A stretch of DNA of 62,829 nucleotides, counting the filler, from Phoronis australis (Eukaryota; Animalia; Phoronida), in the NCBI GenBank assembly GCA_002633005.1. It is 11 parts of 11 records of this genome, joined end to end, with 100 filler letters (N's around TTAATTAATTAA, not from the genome) between each part and the next. Parts side by side here need not be neighbours in the genome. Positions count along the whole stretch, not along the records: positions 34,231 to 48,524 come from NMRA01001388.1; positions 48,625 to 52,332 come from NMRA01002086.1; 9 more parts are not named here. One strand, written 5' to 3'. A program made the position numbers and the translations under genes. Of this stretch, positions 35,501 to 49,268 are shown piece after piece. The notes under the pieces are model-generated. The model was not told where the DNA came from. It made no database searches and saw only the letters and a list, made by a program, of their open reading frames with translations. Positions within the stretch are counted from its first letter, which is position 1. The number at the start of each line of letters is the position of its first letter.

Positions 35501-38500
35501 CTCTGTGCATTGGACGACTGATATGCCGAGGGGATTTCATGATTTGTTCCTGAAGGTGAGTGAGCTACGCCTCGAGGTCCTAGTGCTGTTTCTCTCAAAC
35601 CTTGAGCCACATTACTCCATGTATATGGTTAAAGTGAAAATCGGACAAAACGGGCGTTGAAGCTAAAACGTTTTGTGCACGATGAATACACACGTTTATT
35701 TGACAGGCCGGGACAATGTAATTCTGAACGCACTTTTTCCTGGTTTAGGCCGATCAACGGAATAGTCTCTTGTTCCGAGGCTATCAACTCATTCTCCATG
35801 ACCATGACTTGCATAACATGGTTAAAGAATTTCGTTTCACGTAGGAGTTTTCTGCACTGATTAAAAAAATCCCCAATAGCTTCTAGTTGGCAGTGTGTAA
35901 CTTTTGTTCAACTACATGCTAAACATTGGATTTTATACTTCAAGGGAATAGGTCAAGTTTATAAAAGCGGAAACGGAAGATAAATGAAATAAAAATTACT
36001 CACATTACAATGTAATTCTGAACCCGCCTTTTCCTCAGATTGTGGTTCAGGCCGTTCAACGGAATAGTCTCTGGTTCCGAGGCCATTAGACTTCAAGTCA
36101 CAATTGACTAACAGTGAATTAAGCCATCAACTTCCCATACATGGCCGGTGGCTAGCTTTTGACACAACTGCAAAAGCCCGCATCTCGCTAGTTCAAATAT
36201 TGTGTGAAGCTAATTTCATCGCAGATTTCCCTCATCGATATGCTCTCGTATGTATAAGGGTTTACATGAATATCCAAAGCTCTCCGATTTGCCATGTCTT
36301 TGCGTCCATTAAAACGTTAGTCATCCTTTGATCATTCGTTTTCGATTATTTTACGAGTACTGCGATATAGAATAGACCGTGTCAATGGCGGATGTGATAT
36401 CCAACACGATCTAGAAAATCAACTGAAAATAATAGACTTTGTCGTAATTCTGTGTCTGCACTTCAACACCACTCTATGAACACAGTACGAGTGACGGTCA
36501 TATCATGGCTAGAATAACTTGATATTAGTGTGACGACCAAGTAGATGTGCGGTTGAAGCTATATACATTCAAGAAATAAGTTGTCCGAGTAATTTTGCAT
36601 TTTTCACACATCCGATGAAGTCTCTTGGGGCATAACATCTGTACAGGCTTCTAAGACCATTGCGTCCCTTGAGGTATGATTCCAAAAGTGAAGACTGCTT
36701 AATACTGATTGCCTTCGTCAACAAACCCAAGCTCAAAGACGTGAAGACAATAGATTAATTTGCCTGAAAAGCTACGATTTTAATTTCCTTTAATTGAATA
36801 TCACGGACAGTCATTTTTCTTATAAAAGTTAGGCACTACGTATTGTAAATGGACTAACTAGTGAGATATCTACCTTAATTGTCACTGCGGCGGTATACAT
36901 GTATCTCGTCGCTCATGCTAACCTCTATTCATCGTCAGAGGTCCCATTTGTGAAATGTGACCGAAGTCTTTTTGGAATGCGCACGTGGACAAACAGACTA
37001 GTTTAGCATTACAGTCAATCAAATTAATGTTAACGCGCTGTGTAAAATGGAAATTTCGAACAGCCCATCGTTGCGAAATCAAGCAGCAGACCGCAAGAGC
37101 AACTGAACGCAGAACGTTGATTAGCGCCCACTGTATGCATCGCTACAGCGCACTAGATGATAATCATTATTTCAAACATTCCCTCTAAGGGGAGTAAGTA
37201 ATATTAGTTAACGGAAAATAGCCTCTAGGGAATCCCCTGTAAATTACCAATCGGTCCAAAATTTGGGAGCTCGCCTGACACCTTTCACAATGGAGGATCG
37301 GGAGGCAGACAAGGAAGAACACCGATAAACGAAAATAAAAAGGTCATTTGAGGACACAAAATAGGTCAAACCTGTCTGTAACGGGGCAGGTGTTGTTGTC
37401 TACGTTGTGGTAAATTGCTTGCCAAATTTAAAGAACATTCACCAACGGAAGGAACTCCGAAATGTCTGATCAAGGCAAACACAAAGAAACCAAAACTGCC
37501 ACCAGAGGGCTTCACAGTAGTTGGATTAGTCTCAGGTCTCCGCAACTATCTCGTGAGTTAATGGTGATCACGAAAATGCAGGTTCTGTTTAAAGAGTACA
37601 TTGGATTTTAGTGGTTCGGTCGTGATCTTTATTGACTAGAAAACATTAGGCTACTTAGCCTGAGACGTGAAAAATTCCTCCGAGTGGCGAAGTGTTTCCA
37701 GAGGTTTCATTGGTGGTCTTGTCTCACCAGTAAATTGAAAGAGCATTTCTTTCCCATAGGAACGACCTAATGAATGACATCTTAGAATAACTGGGTGGTC
37801 TCAGAATGCTTCTTGCCAATGGGTTCTGATTACTGCTATCACAACGAATTGGGCGATCGATATTAATGAACTTGGAAAGGCAGGCCAACCCCATCAAAAC
37901 CAAGGCAATTTATTTTCTCCTTGACTATTCCATGGTATTTTTTGATGAAAATACACATCTCCTATAATTTTAAAAAGAGTTAAGGCCTGTTTTGTCTGGT
38001 TTAGTCAAAGTTAGTCAATTTCTGTACCAGGTCATCGTGCCCATTACCGGTATAAAGTAATACGAACTTGTTAAAAAATTCCCCGTATTGCCACGCCATT
38101 AGGTCCATGGGCGTGTGGGCAGAACTGTGCTTATATGCGCCAACAGCATCGTAGCCAGCATTGCGCAGGGGTTGGTTCGAATTTCTGGAACGGTGGACCT
38201 TTGATATTTTGCAAAAATCGACCCGGTATAGTTTCAGTAAAGCCCTTGACGCAGCTTAATTAGAGGGAAGGGAAATCTGTATACGCAACGATGACTCTCA
38301 GCTCTATCTTCCTGAGATGAGACGGAAATGAGGATGCCGCGACGGTTGCTCGTAAAGAATAGGACTCAAATTCGGTTATGTAATGTGGCCCAGATAGAGA
38401 ACGTTCTCGCGTTACCTTCCGCCAAAATTTCAAATCAGGCGTGCTTATACATACTCGTACGAAAGTTTTATCTGGTTGTATTTTTGCGTGTTACTTACAT

Positions 38501-39012
38501 CGCTGGAAAAGGGAACAGCCCACTATTCTGCAGGATAACTACAACGAAAATATCTAAAACTTCGAACACAGGTTTAATGATTATACTTTTACATGCAAAA
38601 GTAAACGATACTTCGGTTATTAGATGCGCTGAGTTGTGTAGTATATCGAAAACAACGTCCGGGTACTATTGATTTCATACGCATATGAAATTGCCAGCAT
38701 GTCTTAGGAATACGAAAAACTAAGTGTCTGTTGCATTTTTAAAAGGATGCCAAACCCGGATTTGGCCTATTGACAGATTCTAAAAATGACTTTCTAATCC
38801 AGTTCTCTGAAACAAATAATACTCTGTAACCATGAAAAACCTACAAAAGTTTGCTGAAAATTTTGAAAACTCCTTCCAAAGTTTGCTAAACGGAAAAGCG
38901 ACCTACGCTGTTTGCGACTTAAACGGCAACTGAGGGAAAATTCCACCCACCAAGGACTATATTGTCCAAACTGTGACATGGGATGTATGAATTTTCAATT
39001 GATTCCTTCCTT

Positions 39013-39262
39013 AAAAAGGATTCTAAGCCCTATTTTGATGATTTAAACCAATCTTCGTTCTCTCACTTGCTGATGCATTATTGGCGTCAGATTAAGCAGG
39101 AATCAACTAAGAATTCATACTCACTACCTCACGAATTGGACATTATGGTCCTTGGTGGGTGGTCTTTTCCCACAGATGCCGCGCAACTCGCTAAAAGCGT
39201 AGGTCACGCTTGCCTCTTTAGCAGAATTTGCAAGGAGTTTTCTAATTTTCCTCAAAACTTTA
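39013..39262. repeat. Old dispersed repeat; inverted copy at ~53937-54207
   Basis: Shared aagcaggaatcaa, attatggt(c/t)cttggtgggtggtctt and aaggagtttt...aattttcc in colinear order. Confidence 0.7.
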
Positions 39263-40390
39263 GAGAGTTGTGGAGCCGTTACAGAGCATTATTTTGTTTC
39301 ACAGACATAGATGGGAAAATTGTTTTATAGTATCTGGGAATAGGACAAAACCTTGTTTGGTATACTTTTAATTTGGAAGATTGACGCCAGTGGTTCATTA
39401 GCAGGTGACAGAACGAGGATTGGAGGAAATCATCACAGCTAGGGCTATCCTTTTAAAAGTATACGAAGTAGGGATATTGATGAATTATTACGTCACCCGA
39501 AGGAACCGCGCTCACGGCCAGTCGAAACTAAATATATAGTTAGAAGGTTATCTTGTCCCATTCAGTCTTTTTAAATTTAAAAAAAGCCGTTGGTCGCCGC
39601 AACCCAGACCCGTGCCCCAGATGTTGTTCCTGCTTGAGAATGAGTCGTTAGTTAGGTTCAAGAATCACATTTGACAGCGATTGGAACTGAGCTCATTTGT
39701 AAACAATGCAATCAATGTTTTAAGAACTATTCAACCCTTTCATTGATTACTAAATGGACACAAATGCAATATTTCATTTATGTCAGTTCCGACTCAATAG
39801 CAGACAGTCCGACTAATGAACCTTAGGAGTAGTGACACGAAACTTTGGAAATCTTTTCTCTTCCATCAAGTTTGTTGCTCGTATGAAGTCTGCCAGTGTG
39901 CACCATTGCCACTGATTGACAAGGGACTACTTTCTTCATTGACCAAAGTTTTATTAGGTCTAGACCTGCTTTTTCCTAATAATGTGAACATGCTCGTTTC
40001 CTCAGTGCAAGAACACACGGTAGTCAAATGTCTGATCTATGTTTGAGCAACGAAGGAGGACTACCTATAGTGAACTTACCGTCGGTGTGTAATGGATTTA
40101 AAAGAATGGAAACGCACACACGTGTATACGCGCATGCATGTCAATCCACAATCAAAGTGGGCATTGGATGAACAACAATCATTTTATGATCACCTTCAAT
40201 TCGAAATTTGAAATGCATGCACGTCACCATACTAAGCTAGCAAGAATACCAAAATAGCAGATAACAATCATATTTTCTGCTGTTTTGTTTCTTGGTCGAT
40301 TTTAAGACATTCACGCAACACTACTGTTTGAGAGCTCTTTCGCTGCTGAGTAATAGACATTCACTTCTAGACTCTCTTGTTACCCTATTG

Positions 40391-40789
40391 TTGGTCAAAT
40401 TGGTGAACGTTACGCCATTAAATTACGTGCGTAAGATAATTCTTGTAAGAGGCGTAATTAATTGCGGCGTAATGGAATTATTTGTGGCGTAAAGTAATTA
40501 TTTACGGCGTAAAGTAATTTTTTGCAGCGTAAAATAATTATTTGCGGCGTAAAGTAATTACTTGCGGCGTAAAGAAACTTTGAATGGCGTAAAGTAACTT
40601 TTATTGCCGCAAATACTAACTTTACGCCGTAATGTAACAATTACTTTACGCCATAATTACTTTACCCCGCTAATAATTTCTTTACGCCGTAAATAATTTC
40701 TTTAAGTCGTAAATAATTAATTACTTTACGCTTCTAAGAATTAACTTACGCACATAATTTAGAGGTGTAACGTTCAGCCATCTGTCCAA
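40391..40789. mobile_element. Foldback element: long TIRs plus inverted arrays of a ~21-22-bp repeat
   Basis: tgaacgttacgccattaaattacgtgcgtaag / cttacgcacataatttagaggtgtaacgttca; gcggcgtaaagtaattattt units on the left, tactttacgcc units on the right. Confidence 0.85.
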
Positions 40790-41319
40790 CGATAATTTCG
40801 ACAATAATGGTGTAATAACCACGCATGCTCAGTGCCAATAAATGACGTACATGTAAAGCCTCCTTTAATCATCTGCACGATCCTGTCATGCGCAAACACC
40901 ACTCGGACGAAGTTGGGCCCCGGGGCCGGGTAGGGCCCGATGATTACGGGAAGCGCCTTGAATCAGAAGCAAATTCATCTTAGTTTGTAGTACCAGTAGC
41001 TGCACCAATGTTGTTGTTGTTGTCCATCTATATCCTATCTCTAACGGATAGGCTGGGGCTGGACCTTTTCTGCGGGGGGTTCGGTCTGGCTACGGGCCTG
41101 GCCAATAAACGAACTACTTGGTAAAAAAGTCGCGAAAAAGGTACTATTTCGGATATAGGTCCATGGGCCTAAAGGTGCGACGTTACGGTAGAGAAAGGGA
41201 GAAATAAGCTTTAATTTTTAAACCATAACAAATATACATTGTTATACGACTGGGTGGCCAGCAAAGGCAGGGACCAATACAAGCAGACCACCGAGTAACA
41301 ATAAATTAAACAGATAATA

Positions 41320-41955
41320 ACAATTAATAAGAACAATATACAACTGAAAACGTACTTTACGGAAAAGTAAAATGTAATGCAAGATTATTTAAAAACGTTT
41401 AATGTAGTTTACAAAAATTTGTACACAGAGACTGTGGATACAAGTGAAACCGCTCGGTTAGAAAAGCATATGTCTAAGTTGTAAGACAGGTGATCACCGT
41501 TACTTCATCTAACATTATAAAACGTTGCACTGAGAGCTGTAGGTGCTTAATAGGTAACTTTTTAAATAGATGAAGAACCCATGTAAACTATGCCTGACGA
41601 TTTTGTCTGTTCCATATTTCGGAAGGATAACAGTTGTTTATTGAATTTTCGCAAATTTTTCTTTGTAGGTCGGTAGTTTGTTGACTGCTTATTCTGGGAA
41701 GATCTCTTGGTGACTGACGGAATTGGAAAAATTTGTTATTGTAAAAGTAAATGGGCAATTGATCATGTCTGTATTGATAGAAGAAGGCAAGTTTGGTTAA
41801 ATATGTCCCCAAGAAGAAGTGTTCTGATTTCCCTGCAAGTTGGTTCTGTTTGTGAAAAGAAGCGAAGAGTTGTTAACAATTATCAAAGTTTTTTTCTGCA
41901 AAAGTTTCAATCTCGCACAAATATTGAACCTCCATAATGTTACACAAAATGCAGT
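41320..41955 (-). mobile_element. CR1/L2-type LINE 3' fragment
   Basis: Minus strand TLWRFNICARLKLLQKKTLIIVNNS...QTEP...LGDI...LPIYF...SEIWN. Confidence 0.7.
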
Positions 41956-44206
41956 TGTTAAATTTTACGTAAATGTTACATTTTACGTCGAATGCACATG
42001 CGAGAAATGTACCATTGTTACATTTTACGAAACCAACCTCATATTACAGAGAAAACGACTAAAATCACGAACAAGTGATATTTGACACGGCCGGGGGTGC
42101 TCGAGTATTTTTGGACAAGGGGTGCCGCCCGAAATTTTTGGATACCATTTAGAGAGTGGGCTCGGACAAAAAAGGGACCCACTTAGAGAATAATTTTGCG
42201 TAAAAATTCACTTTCGCACAGTTCTGTTCCAGAAATTCAGAAAAGGCACGGTTTCAGATAGTATTTTTTCGAAAGTGGCAACATTTTGGAAAATATTTTT
42301 TGCTGAGAAAAAACACCCTTTTGGGCCGCACTTTTCGCATACAGTTGTACATCTTCCATAGGAATGCTGGCTGACAGGGCATGATTTTGGATAACACATA
42401 ATCATTTTTATTAGTGTTACATTACTATTACTACTATTACTCGTTATCGTCAGTGTTATTACTATTGAATTCATTTAACGAAGACCCAGTCCAATATACA
42501 TGTACACAATACAGTATACGTGTTGAGCAATGTGCTAATATATCGTGGCACTCAAAGATTTCTAAATCATCACATTTATGGTTCTATGTTTTCACCGGGC
42601 TTCCCATAATGGACAGCCGGTGCTATGTCAAAAAAATGTTAATGGGGTTCTTATGTTCAGCTTTAACGATATTGCGAGAAACGTCTTGCCTGTTGTGGAT
42701 GCAGAGTAGGCCTACTTTTTGGAAACGAGGAGGCTGAGATTTAAAATCTTGTTTAGACGTGCGCCAACTTCAAACATTTTTGAACTATCGACAAACACGT
42801 ATTATTTGTAATTGTAACTATATCCTTCTGTAGTTTGCCACGAAGAACTGAATTCAGACTGCAATCTTTTACTTGCGACTTACATGAGGATACCCACCGT
42901 GTTACCATTTTGTCTCGTGTTGAAAACAATCCTTTTCAAAGAACTGGGGCTGGTTCCATGGTCATGTGTAAGTTCACTGAAAAATAGCGTTAAGTTGCAC
43001 TCTGGAGGCAGACATTTTTCGAGATCTGGTGACTAGTCGGCTGTGGCTGCGGTCACCGGATCATACGAAACACCCAACAATTTTATGTCGAACGGGCCCC
43101 TACATGTATATTCTAAGAAGAATACAGTGATTTGAACTAGGGTTCATTGAAAGTGGGTTATATGGACCAAAAATGACCAACGTCGAAGTCAGCGATGTTT
43201 AATATGCGCTTTTTATGCGATGTCGCAAAAGGGTTAATATTCGGTACCAAATTCCTTTCTATGCCTACAACTACAACATGTACGCCTGTTGTTGACAGCG
43301 AGCTTTAACTACAAAAACGGCGACTCATGAGACACGTAGTTCCACGGCCATTAATAGTAGAATGTCCAATTTCTGTATTTAATTATATGTGCTTCGCACT
43401 AACAAGCATTGACAAAGTAGCAATTTTAATTAATATTTTATCTTAAAAGATAATGAAAGAGAAAGTGCATATTTTTATAGTCCGAAAGGCCGACAGGCAG
43501 CTTTTTCCGGACTATTGCCCTTTTAAACTATCGGCCTAGAGCCGGTTTGAGCAAAATGATCATGTCCTTTCAGAATGCCAAAATATGTTCTATTTCCCCA
43601 GCTAGGCCTCCCATTTTAACGTATACACGCTGTTACCACCACTATTTCAGACAGGTTTGACATCATAGGAACAATGATATCTGTTTGAGTTTTTAAGCTG
43701 TTTAAAACACGGGACTATGCCGTCACTTTTTTAAATCAATGGTTCACCCTTCTCAAAGGCGATCTTTTGCTGTTGCACTGGAAAAATATCTTTCAACCTG
43801 CCCGCAAATAAATGTGTGATTTTATTTCTTTCCTCTACAATGTCTTAAAGAAATTCGCAATTAACGTGGTAATCCGTCTCGCTCCTTTTGTGTAGTGTTG
43901 GGCAGGTCAATTACTGCATTAGCGACGACTTCAAGGCAATAAAACACTGGCTGAAATAAATCAAACTATCGTGGACTAAAACGGGTGTTTTTTTCTGTCA
44001 AATTGGCTTCTGAAATAGAATTCTTCTTAAAAATCTTTTTTATGGTTGTTTGTTCCAGAAGAGATATGATAAAAATTAGCCAAAATTCGATGTCATTGTT
44101 TCTGTTGTGCTTACCAAGGGAAGTGTGTTTAAAGTAATGCCAGACACAAACTTGGTTTACGACCTGTGAGCGCCAACAAAAGATTCCAAGAACGCTTTAA
44201 CAATAA

Positions 44207-45445
44207 ACAAGAGCAACGCAGAGATTTGAAATGCTCCCACGAATACACCGCAAACGGTGTGCTTCTAGGATGTTTTTGTATCATAAAAATGGCCACTAGA
44301 TGGTGCAAAATACTTCGAATCCATTTATAAACGGGAAAATGTCACCGTTTCTTTAACAGAAAGCGATTTACCACATTTTATGAAAATTCGTCAGAGAAAT
44401 TTCAGAGAAACAGAGGAAAATGGGAAAAAATAAATTGCTACTAGGGGCCACAGCTCTCGTCGGATGCGTCTGAAAGTCGTCGTCTTCCGTTGTCAACTTC
44501 ATGTAAATACACTTGCTAAAGTTAATAAAGATTCTGCAGGGGCTTAGAAGATACAGCTATGGGCGAAAAAAATAAAGCTGCCACTAGGAGACGCCACATT
44601 AATCGAAGTCGTTTGAAAATCATCGTCAACCGTCCTCTTCACACTAAGATCATACATGTATGTGCCAATTTTCACAAGCATCCTAAGAGTGGTTTGGTTG
44701 ACCGGACTGAGGGCGGAAGCCAAAAACAGACTAGAAAACAGTAAACATGGACACTAGATGGCGCAAAATACGTCAAATCTGTCATTGCTTCTTTAACAGA
44801 ATGCTATTTACCAAATTTCATAAAAATCAGTCAAGGAACTTCAGAGAAACAGAGGAAAACGGAAAAATGAAATTGCCGCTAGGGGGCACAGCGTTCGTCG
44901 GATCTGTCTGAAAGCATTCGTCTTCCGTTGTCAACTTCATTTAAATACACGTTTAAATTCAGTAAAGAGGGCATAGGAGATACAGCTATGGGCGCAAACA
45001 AAACTGCCACTAAGTGGCGCCGCAGTAGTCGAAGTCGTCGGAAAATCATCATCAACCGTCCTCTTTATAGTAAGAACATACATTCCAATTTTCACAATCA
45101 TCCTTAGAGTGGTTTAGTTGATATAGGGGATGACGATAAAAAACAGACTCGAAAATAGTAAAAAACGGCCATTAGATGTTGCAAAATGCCTCGAATCCAT
45201 CCGAAACGGGAGGATAGCGTCATATTAAATTTCATGAAAATCGATTGAGCACTTTTAAAGATACAGAGGCAAACGTAAAAAAATTATATTGCCACTATGG
45301 GGCACAGCAGTATTCGGGTTGGTCCGAAACTCGTTGTCCTCTGTCGTCAAGCCCATAGGAACACACCTGCTCAGACGCCCGGACGCCCAGACAGAGATTA
45401 CGGCAAAATGCACCTACATATAAATATGTGGGCGCATAAAAACTT
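44207..45445 (-). mobile_element. Helentron-associated/DINE-1-like (HINE) element with internal tandem array
   Basis: Terminal hairpin atgcacctacatat-aa-atatgtgggcgcat beside a cagacgcccggacgcccagacag microsatellite; caccgcaaacggtg stem-loop and aacaagag at the other end; ~420-460-bp higher-order repeats; both ends match 51059-51520. Confidence 0.8.
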
Positions 45446-45805
45446 GTTACCTGATCCTGGAAACTCCTTTGTTTGGAGTTGAAACTATACGGGGAACATT
45501 TTACTATACCAAGAAACTATTCGTGTTAAAAAACAATGTAAAGCCCATAGGGACACATCTATAAATTTGAGCTGGCACATTTGACATAATTTCATTCAAA
45601 CAATCCGAGAAAGAAGCCGTTAAGTGTTTGAACCGTTTTCTTCAATGTGACAAATACCATGCAAACTTATGAAATATGACGTCGCTTTCGTAAAATGTAA
45701 CAATGATAAATTTCTCGCATGTGCAGTAGTCGTAAATTGTAACAATTGGATAAAACATAACAACTTGTTACATTTTACGAAATTGCTACATTTTACGGCG
45801 TGTCA

Positions 45806-46330
45806 ATGCTAACCGTTTTGGAAATGTAGTTAGAAATTTACGGAGCATGCTTGTTGCAAAGACGATTGCCTACAAAAATACCTATCAATTGAAATTTTCA
45901 ACTCTATTAATAATTTTTCTGATTGTTGATTTTGATTAGAGTAATGTCAGCTTCGCTGATTTTGACTGTGGAAATCGAAATAGCATAAGTTTAGTTTTAC
46001 TTGTGTTAAGCGGCAATTTATTGGTTTTTAGCCAAGCAAAAACATCTTGTAGAGTATTATTTATTCTGGCGGTTTGATCGCTGAGGTTATAATTCTTGTT
46101 CATATGGAAACGAATTAGCATGCATGTGTCGTCTGCTTAGATGATAAACTGTGCCTTGCTGGAGAAAGTGACGTCATTTACACAGATTATACATACAGGT
46201 GTAGGAGAGGTCCTGAAAGAGATCCCTGTGGTACACCTGTAGAAATGTCATGATAGGACGAAGTGACAGTATCAAGACAGACAAACGGTTTTCAATTTTC
46301 AAGGTAGCTTTGAAACCAACAAAATTCGTT
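45806..46330 (-). mobile_element. CR1/L2-type LINE RT fragment
   Basis: Minus strand WFQSYLEN...ISTGVPQGSLSGPLL...DVFAWLKTNKLPLNTSKTKLMLF...ISKTVSI. Confidence 0.85.
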
Positions 46331-48481
46331 ATTAGAAAACATGCACGTAATGCTTTGATTTTAGGATATTGTGATCCATAAATATGGAAATTGGGTCAAA
46401 CCTTTGTGCAAATTTTGTAAAGAGAGTAGATGAATTCAGTAGCCGCGAGTTCAGCGGAGTGGTTGGGTCTGCATGAATCCATAGTGGGACTAAAAAGAAG
46501 ATTGTCATGACAAATCTAAGTATAGACTTGATCATGATCATGAACAACTGAGTGTCATTTCCTTAATGGACTTGTTTGTTACGGGTACGCATTTATGGTA
46601 ACCAAGCATTTCCTTTTCATCGTGCCGGTAGGCACACTGATAAACACACGTATATACGTGTACATGTACATGTATATGGTAGGCGTGTACTTGTCTGCAC
46701 ACCTCACATTTTATAGCTACGAGCAGATGTATTCGGGCAAAGTCGCCTGGGTACGGATGTACCCAGGTCCTATGATATGGCGAAGACGGCCCTGAGTCCT
46801 TGATCACCTCAGTTACAAGGGACACTCGTTAGAGACATGAGGGTAAAGCACAGAGAGAGTTCGTGGTTTGAGTAACTAAAGGTACCAGAGAGCGGGATCA
46901 CTGTGAGAGCCGGCCAAGACCCTTCTTTTAATAGACAAGGTTTGGGTTCTCTGACAAATGGTACAGGGCTTTCAGTTGCAGCTGCTGTGTATGAACACAG
47001 GCAGGGGAGGGGGGCGAAATTTTCTTCGTCGGTGGGGGCCAGGCAGTCGTCAATCTCCCGCCAGTAGCCAGATGGAGCCCTGCGGTTCCGCAACGTCTGA
47101 AAAACTGGATTACAGTGGGTTCTAGAAGTCATGGTTCATCGTTTTAACGCATACGGTATACATGTACACTTAGGTGGTACTGAAGCTGAAGAATAAAATT
47201 GAATCGAATGAGCGTGGGTCGAGTGGCCTGTTTTTTAATTTGCACGCCCTCACTGGATGACCAACTAGAGTGAATTGGTGCCCCTTTAATATCATGTAAA
47301 ACTTAATCGACTTGTCTAGTGTGCATTTAGCCACTCGATAAAAGTTTATAGTTTCTGAAGGTAGAAAGTCTGCAAAATTTGTCTCGTTCCTTAGTCATAC
47401 CATTCTGTCATTAATTGGATCACGTGATGAAGTATTCTTAATAAAAGGAAAGGCATAGCAAAACAACGGTAACAATAACAAGTCAGTCCAATTTCACGTT
47501 AAAATCTCAAAAACGATGTTACAGTTTCATAAATTGCCGTTTTGTTTTCGTTACATGCAAAACTTGATTTTTTCATGGAAATTTTAAAAGTTCTATTTAT
47601 GATAATCTCTCTTGCAGAAGCAAAACATATTAATGTGCATAAAAATATAATCTGAATGGTTGACATGAATCCAATCAACCATTTCTGAGATATAGTGTTT
47701 CACAGTTAGCCATATTTGGACATTTTTCTTGGTCCTATATTACCTTGCGCGTTTGTTAAGCTTGTCGATTTAGCTGTGTGAAGAGTTTTCTAACTTCTGA
47801 GATTTGTCGAGGCTTCCCCGTTGCCTCACCGGCTTTTACTTCAAAATGCAATATTACCCACGTGACCTGATTGTAGTCAAATAAGCAGGGTAAACATTGT
47901 TTCGCCTACATCTCAGTAAGCTCTCTGCGCTCACACTGCGGCTTGGACTTCACAGCCAGTCTTAATAATGTTCTTTCGAAATCATTATCTGAAACTCCAC
48001 GTCAGCCGACGGTTTTAATGGCGCATTTTGCCAGTTATTGCCTGTTTCATAACCCTTCGGCATATTGTTATTTGCTCTGGGAATTATGCATCAATTAAGT
48101 CGCTAATTGATTTACAAAATCCATAAGTCACTGAATTCTATGTTGTGGGATAATAAGCGTTACTAACGAACACATGGGGAGAACTCTGGGATCTTGTGAA
48201 CAGGATAACATTTTGGTGAATTAGGAATTTACAGCAGCGTTTATTTGCAGAACAATCTCATCGTGTGTTATCATTTCAAATGAACGGATAACCGTGCTCG
48301 TTTTTAATTGAGCTTAAAATTGAATACCAATGCAGATCAATTTCAAACTTTGAAACAACTGGCGATCCTAATGTTCAGATGTATAACAAATAAATCGTAC
48401 ACTTTAATCTGAAACAGGTTTTGAATTATGGACAAAAAACAATGCAACTACTCTTCTTAAACCCTGTCACGTATTTGTCTC

Positions 48482-48483
<2 letters not shown>

Positions 48484-48524
<41 letters not shown>
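48484..48524. repeat. (GA)n microsatellite at contig end
   Basis: About 20 GA units. Confidence 0.95.
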
Positions 48525-49268
48525 NNNNNNNNNNNNNNNNNNNNNNNNNNNNNNNNNNNNNNNNNNNNTTAATTAATTAANNNNNNNNNNNNNNNNNNNN
48601 NNNNNNNNNNNNNNNNNNNNNNNNTTACTTTTGAAATCACCTTTGAAAATACGTTAAAATGCGCTAAAACAGTTGTCCCTTCCTGGTTATCTCTTCCTGA
48701 TGTTACTTAATAGTCAAGTAGTTTTCAAAATCAGACACGTTTTGACGAAACCTTACATCTTGTCAGAATTGTTTGGCAGTTTAGTCTAGCATTTGTCACC
48801 ATAAAATAATGTTTTTGTTGGGTCTTTTGTCGGGGTTTAATGTGACATTATTGCACGCAGCTGCTATTTATCTATGTAATGTAATTAGCGGTAAGCCACG
48901 ATTTCATCAGCAAAACGTGTCGAAATTAAACCAGAATTTGTTTGAGGCACATGAGCACTGCTATCCACAAAAAGAACTGCATAGACAGGAATTTTTGATG
49001 TGCATAGGGTAAAAAAGCGATTATGATAAAAGCGTTGCATTTTACAACATAACACTACAAAAACTGGCAAAAAAAGCCTAGAAAACGTGAAACAAGTGTA
49101 GCTGTTGGCATTTATGTGTTATCAAAAAATCAGAAATTGCTCCTTGACGTTTCTTGAACACTTGGTGCATACTAGGAATAGCTACTAGTTCAAGCCTAAG
49201 TATTCACACAAAAGGATCTGGAATTTCCTGTCATGGCAGCTGGGCAGATGCCAAATTCATTAGCAGAG

